Source of the DNA: a virus
IMG/VR virus record: IMGVR_UViG_3300048917_000597
Span: 1-52,977 of that record
Reading direction: 5' to 3' (one strand)
Length of the DNA: 52,977 nucleotides
Shown here: in pieces, positions 9,286 to 19,500 of the stretch
How the letters are laid out: every line of letters starts with the position of its first letter
Position numbering within the stretch: the stretch's first letter is position 1
Notes under the pieces: generated by a model
What the model saw: only the letters and a program-made list of their open reading frames with translations
What the model was told of the DNA's origin: nothing
The model's database searches: none
Translations under genes and position numbers: made by a program

Positions 9286-9694
9286 TGTCTTGCTCCTTCT
9301 TCTCGAGGGCGGAGAGCCGCTCGTCTACTTCGGCAAGCGTCTCTTCGAGGCGCTCTCGGATCGGCCCGACCTCGGACAGATGAAGCGTGAGGTCAGTCCG
9401 GATGGAGCGGATGGTCTCAGCGTTCGTGCGCCCCTCGCGCATGTGCTGGGCCATCCACTCGGTGAGCCGGTCAACCGAGTCACCGAGGTTCTTGGAACCG
9501 TGGTTGGTGATGATGTTCGAGCTGATTGCCTGCGTCTCGGACCGGGTGTCCTTGACGACCTTGTTGTTCTCACGTGCGAGCTTGAGCATCTCGCCGCCGT
9601 ACTTCCACAGCAGCACGTAGATGCCGATGAAGAAGATGGCGGTGACTGCCCACACCGAGTCAGCGGCAGCAACCGCGTCGGCCAGATCACCCAT
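9278..9694 (-). CDS. Membrane-anchored coiled-coil protein (138 aa)
   Basis: ATG 9694 has AAGGGGA 7 nt upstream. It has an N-terminal TM helix (VWAVTAIFFIGIYVLLW) and a C-terminal helical region (ERLEETLAEVDERLSALEKKE). Confidence 0.7.
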   Translation of the reverse strand: MGDLADAVAAADSVWAVTAIFFIGIYVLLWKYGGEMLKLARENNKVVKDTRSETQAISSNIITNHGSKNLGDSVDRLTEWMAQHMREGRTNAETIRSIRTDLTLHLSEVGPIRERLEETLAEVDERLSALEKKEQDNA

Positions 9695-9716
9695 GACTGC
9701 GTCCCCTTGCTGTAGA

Positions 9717-9759
9717 GGACGCCAGCACCGATGGCTCCTGACCTACGGTGCTGGCGTCC
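9717..9759 (-). terminator. Hairpin downstream of the Gly/Pro-rich gene
   Basis: GGACGCCAGCACC-17 nt-GGTGCTGGCGTCC, a 13-bp perfect stem in the 9695-9772 gap. Confidence 0.45.
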
Positions 9760-9772
9760 ACGTCCGAGTGTG

Positions 9773-10024
9773 CTACTTGCCGCCCTCGGAGCGCTCCTTC
9801 TCGGGAGACTCCGCGGCCTCCTCCTGAGGTGATCCCTCGGGAGGACCGCCACCAGGCGGCGTGGCGCCCTCCGGCGGCTGCCCGCCACCGGGGTGACCGC
9901 CCGGCGGACCACCGGGGTGGCCACCGCCGCCGTGCTCGCCGCCACCACCAGCACCCTGGAGCGCGTCGATGGCGACACCGGCGAGATCCTGGATCTGCTT
10001 GAGCAGCTCGATGAGCTTGTCCAT
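9773..10024 (-). CDS. Gly/Pro-rich low-complexity small protein (83 aa)
   Basis: ATG 10024 has AGAAGGAG 6 nt upstream. The sequence is MDKLIELLKQIQDLAGVAIDALQGAGGGGEHGGGGHPGGPPGGHPGGGQPPEG... It is bracketed by two GC-rich hairpins just downstream of the capsid gene. Confidence 0.65.
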   Translation of the reverse strand: MDKLIELLKQIQDLAGVAIDALQGAGGGGEHGGGGHPGGPPGGHPGGGQPPEGATPPGGGPPEGSPQEEAAESPEKERSEGGK

Positions 10025-10058
10025 GTCGAACTCCTTCTGGTCGTACGGCCGAGCCTAT

Positions 10059-10089
10059 GCGGCGAGCGCCAGGTTGTGACGCTCGCCGC
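10059..10089 (-). terminator. Hairpin immediately downstream of the capsid gene
   Basis: GCGGCGAGCG-11 nt-CGCTCGCCGC, a 10-bp perfect stem, 7 nt after the capsid stop (10096). There is no U-tract. It may act as a partial terminator or an RNA-stabilising element. Confidence 0.45.
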
Positions 10090-10095
10090 GCGGGC

Positions 10096-11499
10096 TCACT
10101 GGCCGGACGAGTCCGTGGTGTCGTCGCCTGCGAGCAGCGGGTTGCGGTGAGCAACGTCGCCGGTCGCCTGGACGGTCAGCCCGGCGTCGAGAGCGGAGGT
10201 GCTCTCGTACGGGCTGGTGAACCACTCGGGCCGGCTCTTCTTCGTGACGGCGCCGGACAGCGGGTAGGTCACGGGGCTCACGCCGGTCTGGGCGCGGGCC
10301 GCGGCCACCTTGGCGGCGACGTTGGTGAAGGAGTCGGACACGACCTGGAGGCCGGAGATCGACGCCGGGAGGAACAGCGGCACGACGCCCTCGGACATCT
10401 GGTCGATGACCCAGCAGTCGTAGCTGAAGTCCTGCACGTACTCGGTGCCCTTGAAGCGGACACCACCGTCGGCCTGGCGACGCTCGCTGAAGTGCTCGTA
10501 CGTCTGGACCGAGTTCTTGTAGGCGGCGAGCGCGACGACCTGGCGCTTGGTGCGCGAGGCCGTGCCCGAGTCGGCGATCGGGTCGACCACGAGGGACGAG
10601 TCCGTGTAGACGCGGGGCAGGAACTCCGGGTGGATCTTGACCAGCTTCCACGACCCCTTCAGGGTGCCGAGGTAGCCGGCCGCGTTCGCACCGGAGATGT
10701 CGCCGTCCTTCAGCAGCTTGAACGCCGACTCCGTGCCAGCACCGGCGTCGATGAGCGCGTTGATGAACACGAGCTCGAGGGCGCTGGTGATGAGCAGGAA
10801 GCGCTCGTTGTTGCCGAAGTTGCTGTCGAACCAGTTGTCGCTGAACAGCAGGGTGAGGGCGTCGAGCGTGGACAGCGGGTCCGTGTCGTTGAGGTACATC
10901 CCCTTGATCGTGGCGAAGGACGGCTGGATCTGGTTGTCGTAGTCCTCGCCCGGCTCGGCGATCCACTTGTAGTCCTGCGCGTCACCGGTGTTGCTGATCC
11001 GGTAGGCGTCGGCGTTGGAGGGACCAGGCGTGTCGGCAGCGGTGCGGGGCACCAGCTTGCCGGTCATGTGGCCCAGGCACGCCGCGAGCAGGCAGTACTT
11101 GTCGTGGTCGCGGAGCACGGTGGTCTGCATCTTGCGACCGGTGTACTCCTGGACGATGTTCTTGATCGGCGAGTAGCGGAGCTGCTCGTCGAAGACGGTG
11201 AAGCCGAAGCTGCGGTGGCGGCTCATGGAGTAGGTGCGCCACTCGATGGGCGGCACGCCGTTCTTCCACTCGCCGGTGAACTCGCTGCCGGAGTAGTGCT
11301 CGGACCCGATGCGACCGAGCTCAGCGTCGACGATGTAGTCGTCGACCCGGATGTCGGGCACGCGGATCGACCGGGCGTTCGGGTTCGGCTTGATCTCCGA
11401 ACCGGTGAACATGCCGGCCACCGGCGACGTGATGCGAAGGTACGTGGCCAGAGCGACCTGGTAGTCGGTCAGGCTGTCCTTCTGGACTGGTGCGACCAT
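10096..11499 (-). CDS. Major capsid protein (by position and size)
   Basis: 467 aa, ATG 11499 with GAGGAGGGG upstream, 31 nt after the portal stop. A stable hairpin follows the stop. No sequence motif was verified. Confidence 0.6.
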   Translation of the reverse strand: MVAPVQKDSLTDYQVALATYLRITSPVAGMFTGSEIKPNPNARSIRVPDIRVDDYIVDAELGRIGSEHYSGSEFTGEWKNGVPPIEWRTYSMSRHRSFGFTVFDEQLRYSPIKNIVQEYTGRKMQTTVLRDHDKYCLLAACLGHMTGKLVPRTAADTPGPSNADAYRISNTGDAQDYKWIAEPGEDYDNQIQPSFATIKGMYLNDTDPLSTLDALTLLFSDNWFDSNFGNNERFLLITSALELVFINALIDAGAGTESAFKLLKDGDISGANAAGYLGTLKGSWKLVKIHPEFLPRVYTDSSLVVDPIADSGTASRTKRQVVALAAYKNSVQTYEHFSERRQADGGVRFKGTEYVQDFSYDCWVIDQMSEGVVPLFLPASISGLQVVSDSFTNVAAKVAAARAQTGVSPVTYPLSGAVTKKSRPEWFTSPYESTSALDAGLTVQATGDVAHRNPLLAGDDTTDSSGQ

Positions 11500-11530
11500 G
11501 TCGCCCCTCCTCGTGTGTTGGGCCTGAACC

Positions 11531-13537
11531 TCAGGCGCTTGCTGGCAGAACTGTAGGGGCGGCTGCCTCTACAGGTGCAACTGTTGGAGCACTTGTTGGC
11601 GAACCACTATTACTTCCCGGCTCCATCACACCTAGCTTCTGGAGCAACAGGCTCATGTTCTCCGCGAGCTGGGCCTGGCCAGCCTGCAGATGCTGGATCG
11701 CGGCACTGTTCATCTCGAGCTCGAGCTCGTTGCCGGAGGACATTCCCTCGATGCGACCCTCGAGGTCAGCGATGCGCTGGTCACGGGCCGACACCTCCTC
11801 GGTGTCGCCGTTCTTCCAGAGCAGGCCGAGCTCCTTGGCCGAGGCCGAGCCGGACAGCTCGATCTGCTTCTGGACGATGTAGGCCATGGCCCGCACCGCC
11901 TGCTGCATCATCTGCTGGTCACCGCTGTTGGCGATCGCCGGCATGGACTGGCTGAGCGGGATGAACAGCTGGTTCAGGATCCGCAGCTGCTTCTCGTCCT
12001 CGAGCTCGGTCAGGGATCCGGGGACGCAGCGGACGTAGTACTCGGTGGCCATGTCGCTGAAGTCCAGCTTCAGCGTGCCATCGTCGTCGAAGTCCTCCGG
12101 CGCCACTCCGGCCTCGAGCAGCTTCATGCGGGTGTCGCCGCTGGGCTGTACCTTCTGGACGCCCTTGAGCTCCTGGAAGTAGATGGTCAGCGCGTAGGAG
12201 CAGTAGTGGCTGAAGAAGGCTTCGATCGCCTTCTGGTAGTTGTTCGTGGTGATGTCGACCAGGGCGGTCTGAGCGTCCACACCCTGAGGTGTGTTGCTCA
12301 TGCCCTGGGCGTTGCCGGTGCCACCGCCAGCAGCCATCGCCATCTGCGGGTCGGCGCTTCCGACGAGGCCGACCATCGAGCCGAGGTTGTCCCGGCTGAT
12401 CTGGCTGTACTGCATCAGCGTCTGCGTGTTCACCTCGAACGCCTCGACCTTGGCGTTGGGGTTCGAGATCTGCGTGAACTTGCCGGGGCTCAGGTTCGGG
12501 ATCGAGTTGACGGTGCCGTAGCCGATGATGCTCGGGTTGATGTTGCGATACCAGAGCTTCATCGCACCGTTGAGCATCAGGTCCTGGAAGTCCTGGCGGC
12601 CGACGAGCAGCTCGACCTGGGACTTGCCGAGCGGCTGCTGGCTGTCCTTCTCGAGCACGAGGAAGTGGACGGGGTGCTGCTTGAGCGGGTGCTTGTTCTT
12701 CTCGATCCGGAGCAGCACCTTGGTGCTCTCGTGGAAGGTGAGGAACGGCTCGCCGGTGTCGGTGTAGAGGGTGATGATCTCGTAGCCCTCGGGGATCTGG
12801 TGGTGCTTCTTGGTCTGGTGGTCGACCGACTGCTGCTCGCGAGCACGCGGCGGGTTCTTCACCATCAGCCGCAGCGCCGCCGTGTCCCAGCCGGGCGCCT
12901 CGTCACGGATCAGTGCCATCGCCTCACCCTTGGTGAGATAGCGCCGGACGAACACCGAGGTGGCCAGGCGCACGTCCTTGCAGCCGGGCTCGGGGAACAC
13001 GTCGCGGTAGTGGATCGTGTCGTACTTCATGTACCAGGCGCCCTTGGCATCCTCGAGCAGCACCGGCAGCACGCAGTCGAACCCGAGCGTCAGCGCGGTC
13101 TTCGTGCTGGCAAACAGGTTCTGCTGCATGTCGTTGCTGTAGAGGTCGGAGCCGATGACCTTGGTGGTCAGCACGTGCCGGCTGAAGATGCCCTTCAGCG
13201 AGTCGTCGTCGAACTTGGAGACGACCTCGACGTTGGGCGCGTTCTGCACGAGGTTCCGGGCGATGCGCCGCACCAGGCCGGCGGTCTCGCCCGAGCTGAT
13301 GTTGGGCAGGTCCGGCTTCGGGGAGATGACCTCGCCGTCGGCCAGCTTCTCCAACGTCTCGTAGCGGGAGACGCGCATGTCCATCTCGCGCTTGAAGCGG
13401 TTGTACATGTGGTACACGTGGTCAGCGCAGGGCGCCATGGTCCGGAACTCGAGGCTCCCGTCACGCGGGTCGATGGTCCGGGAGTCGTACCACTGATCGA
13501 AGTCAGTGATGGGCTCATGCCCCGTCATTACTGCCAC
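11531..13537 (-). CDS. Portal protein
   Basis: 668 aa. GTG 13537 lies 8 nt after GAGGAAGG (alternative ATG 13528, TAATG junction), overlapping the giant ORF stop. The N-terminal ..NISSGETAGLVRRIARNLVQNAPN.. resembles the recalled T7 gp8-type portal N-terminal segment. The C-terminus is coiled-coil/acidic, and the gene lies directly upstream of the capsid gene. Confidence 0.8.
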   Translation of the reverse strand: MAVMTGHEPITDFDQWYDSRTIDPRDGSLEFRTMAPCADHVYHMYNRFKREMDMRVSRYETLEKLADGEVISPKPDLPNISSGETAGLVRRIARNLVQNAPNVEVVSKFDDDSLKGIFSRHVLTTKVIGSDLYSNDMQQNLFASTKTALTLGFDCVLPVLLEDAKGAWYMKYDTIHYRDVFPEPGCKDVRLATSVFVRRYLTKGEAMALIRDEAPGWDTAALRLMVKNPPRAREQQSVDHQTKKHHQIPEGYEIITLYTDTGEPFLTFHESTKVLLRIEKNKHPLKQHPVHFLVLEKDSQQPLGKSQVELLVGRQDFQDLMLNGAMKLWYRNINPSIIGYGTVNSIPNLSPGKFTQISNPNAKVEAFEVNTQTLMQYSQISRDNLGSMVGLVGSADPQMAMAAGGGTGNAQGMSNTPQGVDAQTALVDITTNNYQKAIEAFFSHYCSYALTIYFQELKGVQKVQPSGDTRMKLLEAGVAPEDFDDDGTLKLDFSDMATEYYVRCVPGSLTELEDEKQLRILNQLFIPLSQSMPAIANSGDQQMMQQAVRAMAYIVQKQIELSGSASAKELGLLWKNGDTEEVSARDQRIADLEGRIEGMSSGNELELEMNSAAIQHLQAGQAQLAENMSLLLQKLGVMEPGSNSGSPTSAPTVAPVEAAAPTVLPASA

Positions 13538-16500
13538 TGCTTCAGCCTTCCTCGCTCAGACCAGACTCTCTCACGCCGGACGTCTGCACGCCGGATGATC
13601 GGGTTCGTCGTGTTGATGAATGGGATGGAGTCGCCGTACGGAGCAATGGCGTGGGGAGGTGCGTACATCTTGTTGTAGTTCGGGTAGCCGCGGCTGGCGT
13701 AGCCACCGCCACCGCCGTAGCTGCGGTGGCCGTAGCCACTGCGGCTGTAACCCGAGGTGCCCTTGTTCTGGTAGGGCGTGTAGGGCGTGTACTGCTGCTT
13801 CGCCGCTTCCTTGATCGCATCCTCGATCGACTTGCCGATCTCGACGTCGGTCGGGGTGTAGCGGCTGTCATCGACGAGCTCGAGAGCTCGCATGCCGGTG
13901 TTGATCCGGTTGATGTAGTCGGTGGTGTTCAGGCGGCTGTCGGTGCCGGTGGAGCCCTTCTGGCCCGGGAAGCCCTGCTCGGAGGTGTAGAGCCGCTTCA
14001 CGGGCTGGATGCCGAGGGCGGTCATCAGGTTGCCGCGGGTGATGCCGGTGGCCCACGGCCGACCGTCAGGGCCCATCACGTAGGTGGTGTTGAGCTGGTT
14101 GTACGTGGCCATCGGCTGGTAGCTGATGTTCTTCGAGAAGAGGATGTCACCGAGGCCCTGGACCGAGGGGTCGGACGTTGGCCCGTACCAGAGCCGCTTC
14201 ATGCGGGCGGTGGCCTTGGTCTGGTCGAGGCCCATGTCGACGCCCTCTTGGATCAGCTCCTTCGTCCACTCCTTCGCGATCTCATCGCGCATGGTCATCG
14301 GGACGTAGATGCCGGCCAGGCTCGGGCTGTCGAGGGTGACGCTGTTCTTCATGATGCCCCAGTACACGGCGCGGGCACCGGCCTTGGTCAGCGCCTCGCG
14401 GCCAGCCTTGTCGATCACCGACAACGGCTCGACCGCGCCCTTCTGCTCCATGTACTTCTCGTGGGCGATCTTGTCGAGGTTGTTGTAGAGGTCCCAGTCC
14501 TTGGTGCGCATGGCCTGGCCCTTGAGGGCGTAGCGAATCTCGTCCTCGGTGATGAGCGGCTGGCCGCCCTGGTCGCCAGAGATCTTGCGGACCAGGCCCT
14601 CGACCTCCTCCTTGGTGGAGGGAGTCTTCGGGACCTCCTGGGTCTTGACCGGCATGTTCTTGCGGTAGTAGTCGTTCTGTCCGCCGGTCAGGCCGGTGAA
14701 CAGCGACATCGCGGTGGCCAGCGTGAAGCGGTTCTCGGTCAGCGCGTGCAACGTGCCGGACGCCGTGGAGCGGCCGAGGTAGCCCATCACGAGCTGGCCG
14801 GTCTCCGGGTCGACGTGCGGGGTCAGCGCAGTGTCCTGGCCGTACGGCTCGCCGACGATGTCCTTCTGGATCGTGCCGTCGCTGTCGGTCTGCGGCAGCT
14901 TGTACGGGTCACGGTCGTAGGCGTCCCAGCTGGTGTAGAGCTGGTTGACGAACGAGTTCTCGAAGAGCATCCGCTCGTACACACCGACGCCGTTGGTCAG
15001 CAGGGCCGCGGCCTTGACCATGTTGTGCGGCCCGCCGAGCGCAGCCTCGTCGTCGGCCATCGAGGCGAACTCGTGGGCGGTCTCGACCGCGTCGGACCAC
15101 ATCATCGTGTTGATCAGCGGGAACGAGCCGACGGCATCCTGGAAGCCCCAGGTGACCTGCTTGAAGTCGCCGGTCTCGTAGAAGCGCTCCATGCCGAGGA
15201 TCGGGCTGACGAACTGCTTGAGCGTCCAGTTCAGCCCGGCCATCGACCGGACGCCACCGGGCGCACTCGGGTCGCCGACCTGGAAGTAGGAGCCGAGACC
15301 GAACGGCAGCGAGTCGAGGAAGATCGAGTCGCTGTTGCGGAAGTCGTTCTCGACGGCGCGCGGGTCGTAGACGAACGGTGCACCCTGCAGCTTCGCCATC
15401 CGCCGGCGCTTCTTGGTCTCGTCGTCCTCACCGGACAGGCCGAGGCCACCGGCCATCATGCCCGCCATGAACAGGCCGGTGTGGGTGAGGCCGCCACGGA
15501 TGAAGGACCGGGACAGGTCGACACCCTCGAGGACGGTCGACATGTCGAAGTTGGCCTCGTCGTCGGGAGTGATCTCCTCGCCGTTGGCCTTGGCCTGCAG
15601 CCGGGACCAGAACGTCACCGGGTGCTTCAGCGCGTTCGTGCGGCCGTGCAGCACGGCGGCGGTGAAGTCGCTCATGCCCTGCATGCCGGTGATGGTGGTC
15701 ATCACGTTGAAGGCGTAGTTGGAGAACAGCAGCGGCATCTTCAGCAGCACGGTGCCGAGGAACGAGGTGGCGCTGTTGGTCGACTCGGACAGCGGCTCGT
15801 AGATCCCGCGCAGCGCCAGTGACAGCGGCGTCGCCTTGAGCGAGCGGAACTGCGCGATCGCGTTGGTGCCGGCCAGGTGGAGCTCGGGCGCGTTCTTCTG
15901 CAGCCACTGAGGATCCATCTGGAGGTTGTCCATCAGTGAGTCGATGGTGAGGTTGTGCTCGCCCGGCGAGAACGCGACCTCGTCCATGACGGCCTCGAAG
16001 TAGCGGCGGGCCAGGGTGTCGGACCGCATGCCCCACGTGGGGTCCTGCATCTTGGCGCCGAACTTGGCGTAGTTCTCGAGCCACTTCTCGACCTTGCCGA
16101 TGCCGTGCATCGACGGGCGCAGGTACATCAGGTCGCGGTAGACCATGGCCTTGAAGTCGTTACGCTGGCCGAGGACGGCGTAGACCTCCTTGGCCCGCTT
16201 GATCTGGTCGGGGCTGTAGCGGGCGGTGATGCCGAACTGCTCGGCGTACTGGCCGAGGCCGGTCTCGCTCAGCTTGGCCTCAGCCATCGCGAGCTTGCCC
16301 TGCGTGCTGTGGCCGACCAGCAGGTTCGCGGCACGGTCGAGGGTGCCGCGAACCCACTGCTCAGGTCCCATGGAGAACCACAGCGCGGGGTTGATCATGG
16401 CGGTGCCGACCCGGAGGTTGATCAGCATCCGCGCCAGGGCGTTGGTGTTCGTCGACATGTCGATGAACTTCTGCCCGTTCTTGCGCAGGTCCTTGACCGT

Positions 16501-19500
16501 GATGTCGAGCGGCATCGGGACGCCGTTCTCCTTGCGCCACTGGCGCATGGCCTCGCGGCGCTTGGCGATCACGGCGGTCGGAGCGTGCTTGGAGGTCTGC
16601 GGACCAGACACCCAGTTCTCGCCGGTGAGGTCGCCCATCGTGGCGCGGGTCGTGTCGAGCACGATCGGGTCACGGGTGAGCCGGTTCATCACATCGGAGA
16701 CCGAGGAGCGCAGCTGGATGTAGTCGTCGTTGGTCTGCGGGTCCAGCAGGAACATGGAGATCCGCGAGTCCATCGAGACCGGCAGGTTCAACAGCGACTC
16801 AGTCGCGGCCTGGTAGGTGTGCATGTGGCCGTCGAGCGCCAGCAGGAAGGCGGAGTCGAAGAGGTTGTCGCTGGTGAGCGCGCCACCGAGCGAGATCTCG
16901 ACGTAGTCGTCCCAGGTCTTGGCGATCTGAGACTTGGCCTCGAGCGAGGTGCGCAGAGCGAACGGCGTCAGCTTGTTCTGGTTCTCGGTGAAGATGATGC
17001 GCAGGTCGTTGACGTGCATCAGCGGGACCATGCCGCTGATCGTCGGCAGGTAGCCGTCCTTGACGTTGGCCAGCATGTCGTCGAGCGCGAGCAGCGCGTT
17101 CTTCTGCGTGATGCCGCGGCTGACCTCTGCGTCGGCGTCCATCGAGCTGGGCTGGCCGAGCAGCTGGCGGACCCAGAAGTCCACCATCGGTGCGTAGGAG
17201 TCGCGCAGGCCGAGCGCATGCACGACCTGGAGCCGCTTCGCCTTGTAGGAGTTGCGGCCGGCCTGGTCCCAGCCGTTGATGTCGTCGACCGGGATCTCCT
17301 GGCGGTACTGCACCATGGCGTCACGACCGTTGTGACGGCGAGCTGCCTCAGCCGGCATGTCGCGGCGCCAGCGGGTGCCGGCGTCGGCGTCGGCCAGGCG
17401 GTTCATCAGCCGCCAGACACCGCCGTCGACGACGTCCTCGTCGAAGCGCTCGAGGCCCTTGCCCTCGGTGAAGACCCTGGTCTTCGCCAGGTCACCGGCG
17501 TACGTGGTCTGAGCGCCGGTGGCGAGGTAGGCGATGGCCGCGCTGTGCGAGCTGACGGCGCCGTCCTGCATCTCGGAGAAGGCCATGCCGTTCTTGACCG
17601 GGTTGTCGCCGGAGGAGTGGACCTCGGCGATCTGCAGCCAGCCGGACAGGTTCTTCGTTGTGTCACCGGTGCCGGGTGTGGACTTGGCCGGCGCCACAGC
17701 GGCAGCGAACGCAGCGCCCTCAGCGGAGAGCACGTCGCTGTGGCGCGGCATCTCATAGCCGCTGTCGGTGGAGAGCGCCTCGGCGTAGCGCATCAGGTCA
17801 CGCGCGATGCCCTGCTTCTTCCACTTGTCGAGGATGTCGACGCTGATGATCTCGCCGTCGTTGGCGTCGTACCAGAAGTGGCCCATCGGCCACCGCTCGC
17901 CTTCCTTGTCGACGCGGAGCTTGACGATGGGGCGCTCGACACCGTCGACCATGTGGGCCTCGGTCGAGACGCCGACGGTCATGCCTCGGTCGGTGAACAG
18001 GCGCTCGGCCTCGTTCAGCGACATGACACCGGACTTGGCCGGCGTGCCCATGCGGATCTCGAGAGTGAAGTCTTCGGCCAGGCTGTAGCCCTCGCCGGGG
18101 TTGAACGGGCTGTTGTTGAACTGCTTGTTGAAGCGGCGGTTCATCTCCTTGCGCAGCTCGGAGCCGTGCGGGGCGAAGTCGAAGACCTGGGTGAACAGCC
18201 GCGGCATGAGGATCGACTGGCTGTCGGGCGTGGCGTTGTTGTCGTTGAAGCCGCCGGACTTCAGCACGTCGTCGACGCGGGCACCGGGCGTCATCAGGTA
18301 GAGCACCAGGGCCCGGGTGATCTGGGCCTCGGGGCTCTGCGGGTCTGCGATCTCGGAGACCCAGTCCTCGGTGGTGAGGTTGGCGCTGGCGTCAGCCACC
18401 GGCTTCAGCATCGCGGAGATCATGGCCGGGAACCGCGAGCTCGTCATCAGCTCGTCAGCGGCCTCGATCGTCAGGCTGTCGCGTCCGGTGGCGATCGCGT
18501 ACAGCAGCGCGCGGGCGTTGGCCGGCGAGGTCTTGAAGACCTTGGCCACGTCGGGCAGGAAGTCAGCACCGAAGATCGCGATGGCGTTGCGGTGGTTGTT
18601 GATGATCCCGTCGAACGCCTCCTTGCTGATCGTGTCGTGCTGGCTGACGATCATGTCGATGCCCCAGCCGGGGAAGAACCCGTGGTCGGGAAGCTTGATG
18701 CGCTCGCCCATCGGCGTGAGCATGTACTTCATCCCGTTCCACTCGACGACCTTCTTGTCGCCGAACTGCTGGAACGGAATGTTCATCTCCATGCTGAGGC
18801 CGTAGCCCGAGCGCGGGTTCACCGAGACGACCGTGCCGGTGTGGACGGTGGCCGCGTCCTCCGGGTCGGTCGGGAAGACCGCGATGTTGTGGGCGTCGGC
18901 CTTGTCCGGCATCGCGATCGACGTGAGCTTCTTGATCACGTCGTCCTTCGGCGCCTTGTAGCCGTGCCGGTACAGCACCACGTTGTGGTGGTTGTCGGTC
19001 AGCGGGATCATGTCGCCGATCTCGAACTGCTCACCCGGTGTCGGCAGCAGCGAGCCGGTGTTGGAGTCGATCCGCGCCATCAGCCGAGTCCAGGCGTGGT
19101 CGAAGTCGTCGTCGGCCTGCTGACGCTGCTTGCCCTTGAGGTGGCCGTTGGCCTGCTCCTTGAGGAGCTTCTGGCCGGCGGCGTCGTCGAGGCCCTTGAG
19201 GTGGGCGGCGACCTTGTCGACCTGGCTGGTGTTGCCGTACGACTCGACCGGCACGTTGAACCGGTAGAGGAAGTTGGACGGGATCAGGTCGACGCTGACA
19301 CCGATGGCGGACAGCCGCTCGTTGTTGGGCCGGACCCAGGCCGAGTTCTCCTCGATGTCCTTGTCGGCCACGTGAAGGATGGCGACCATGCTGCGCTTGG
19401 AGATGCCGCGCATCTCGGTCAGCGTGGAGACTCGGGCCCGCTGGTTCGCGTAGCGGCTGACCGAGGTGTTCGGCTGCATCACGTGGCCGGAGCCGGCCAT

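Noticed and set aside
11629-11642. 14-mer CACCTAGCTTCTGG shared between the portal 3' region (about 130 nt upstream of the capsid start) and 27949..27962 (about 100 nt upstream of the giant-gene start), considered as a late promoter
   Set aside because: For a 53-kb sequence, roughly 1.4e9 same-strand position pairs against 4^14 = 2.7e8 possible 14-mers predicts several such matches by chance. The flanks do not align. The evidence is insufficient on its own.
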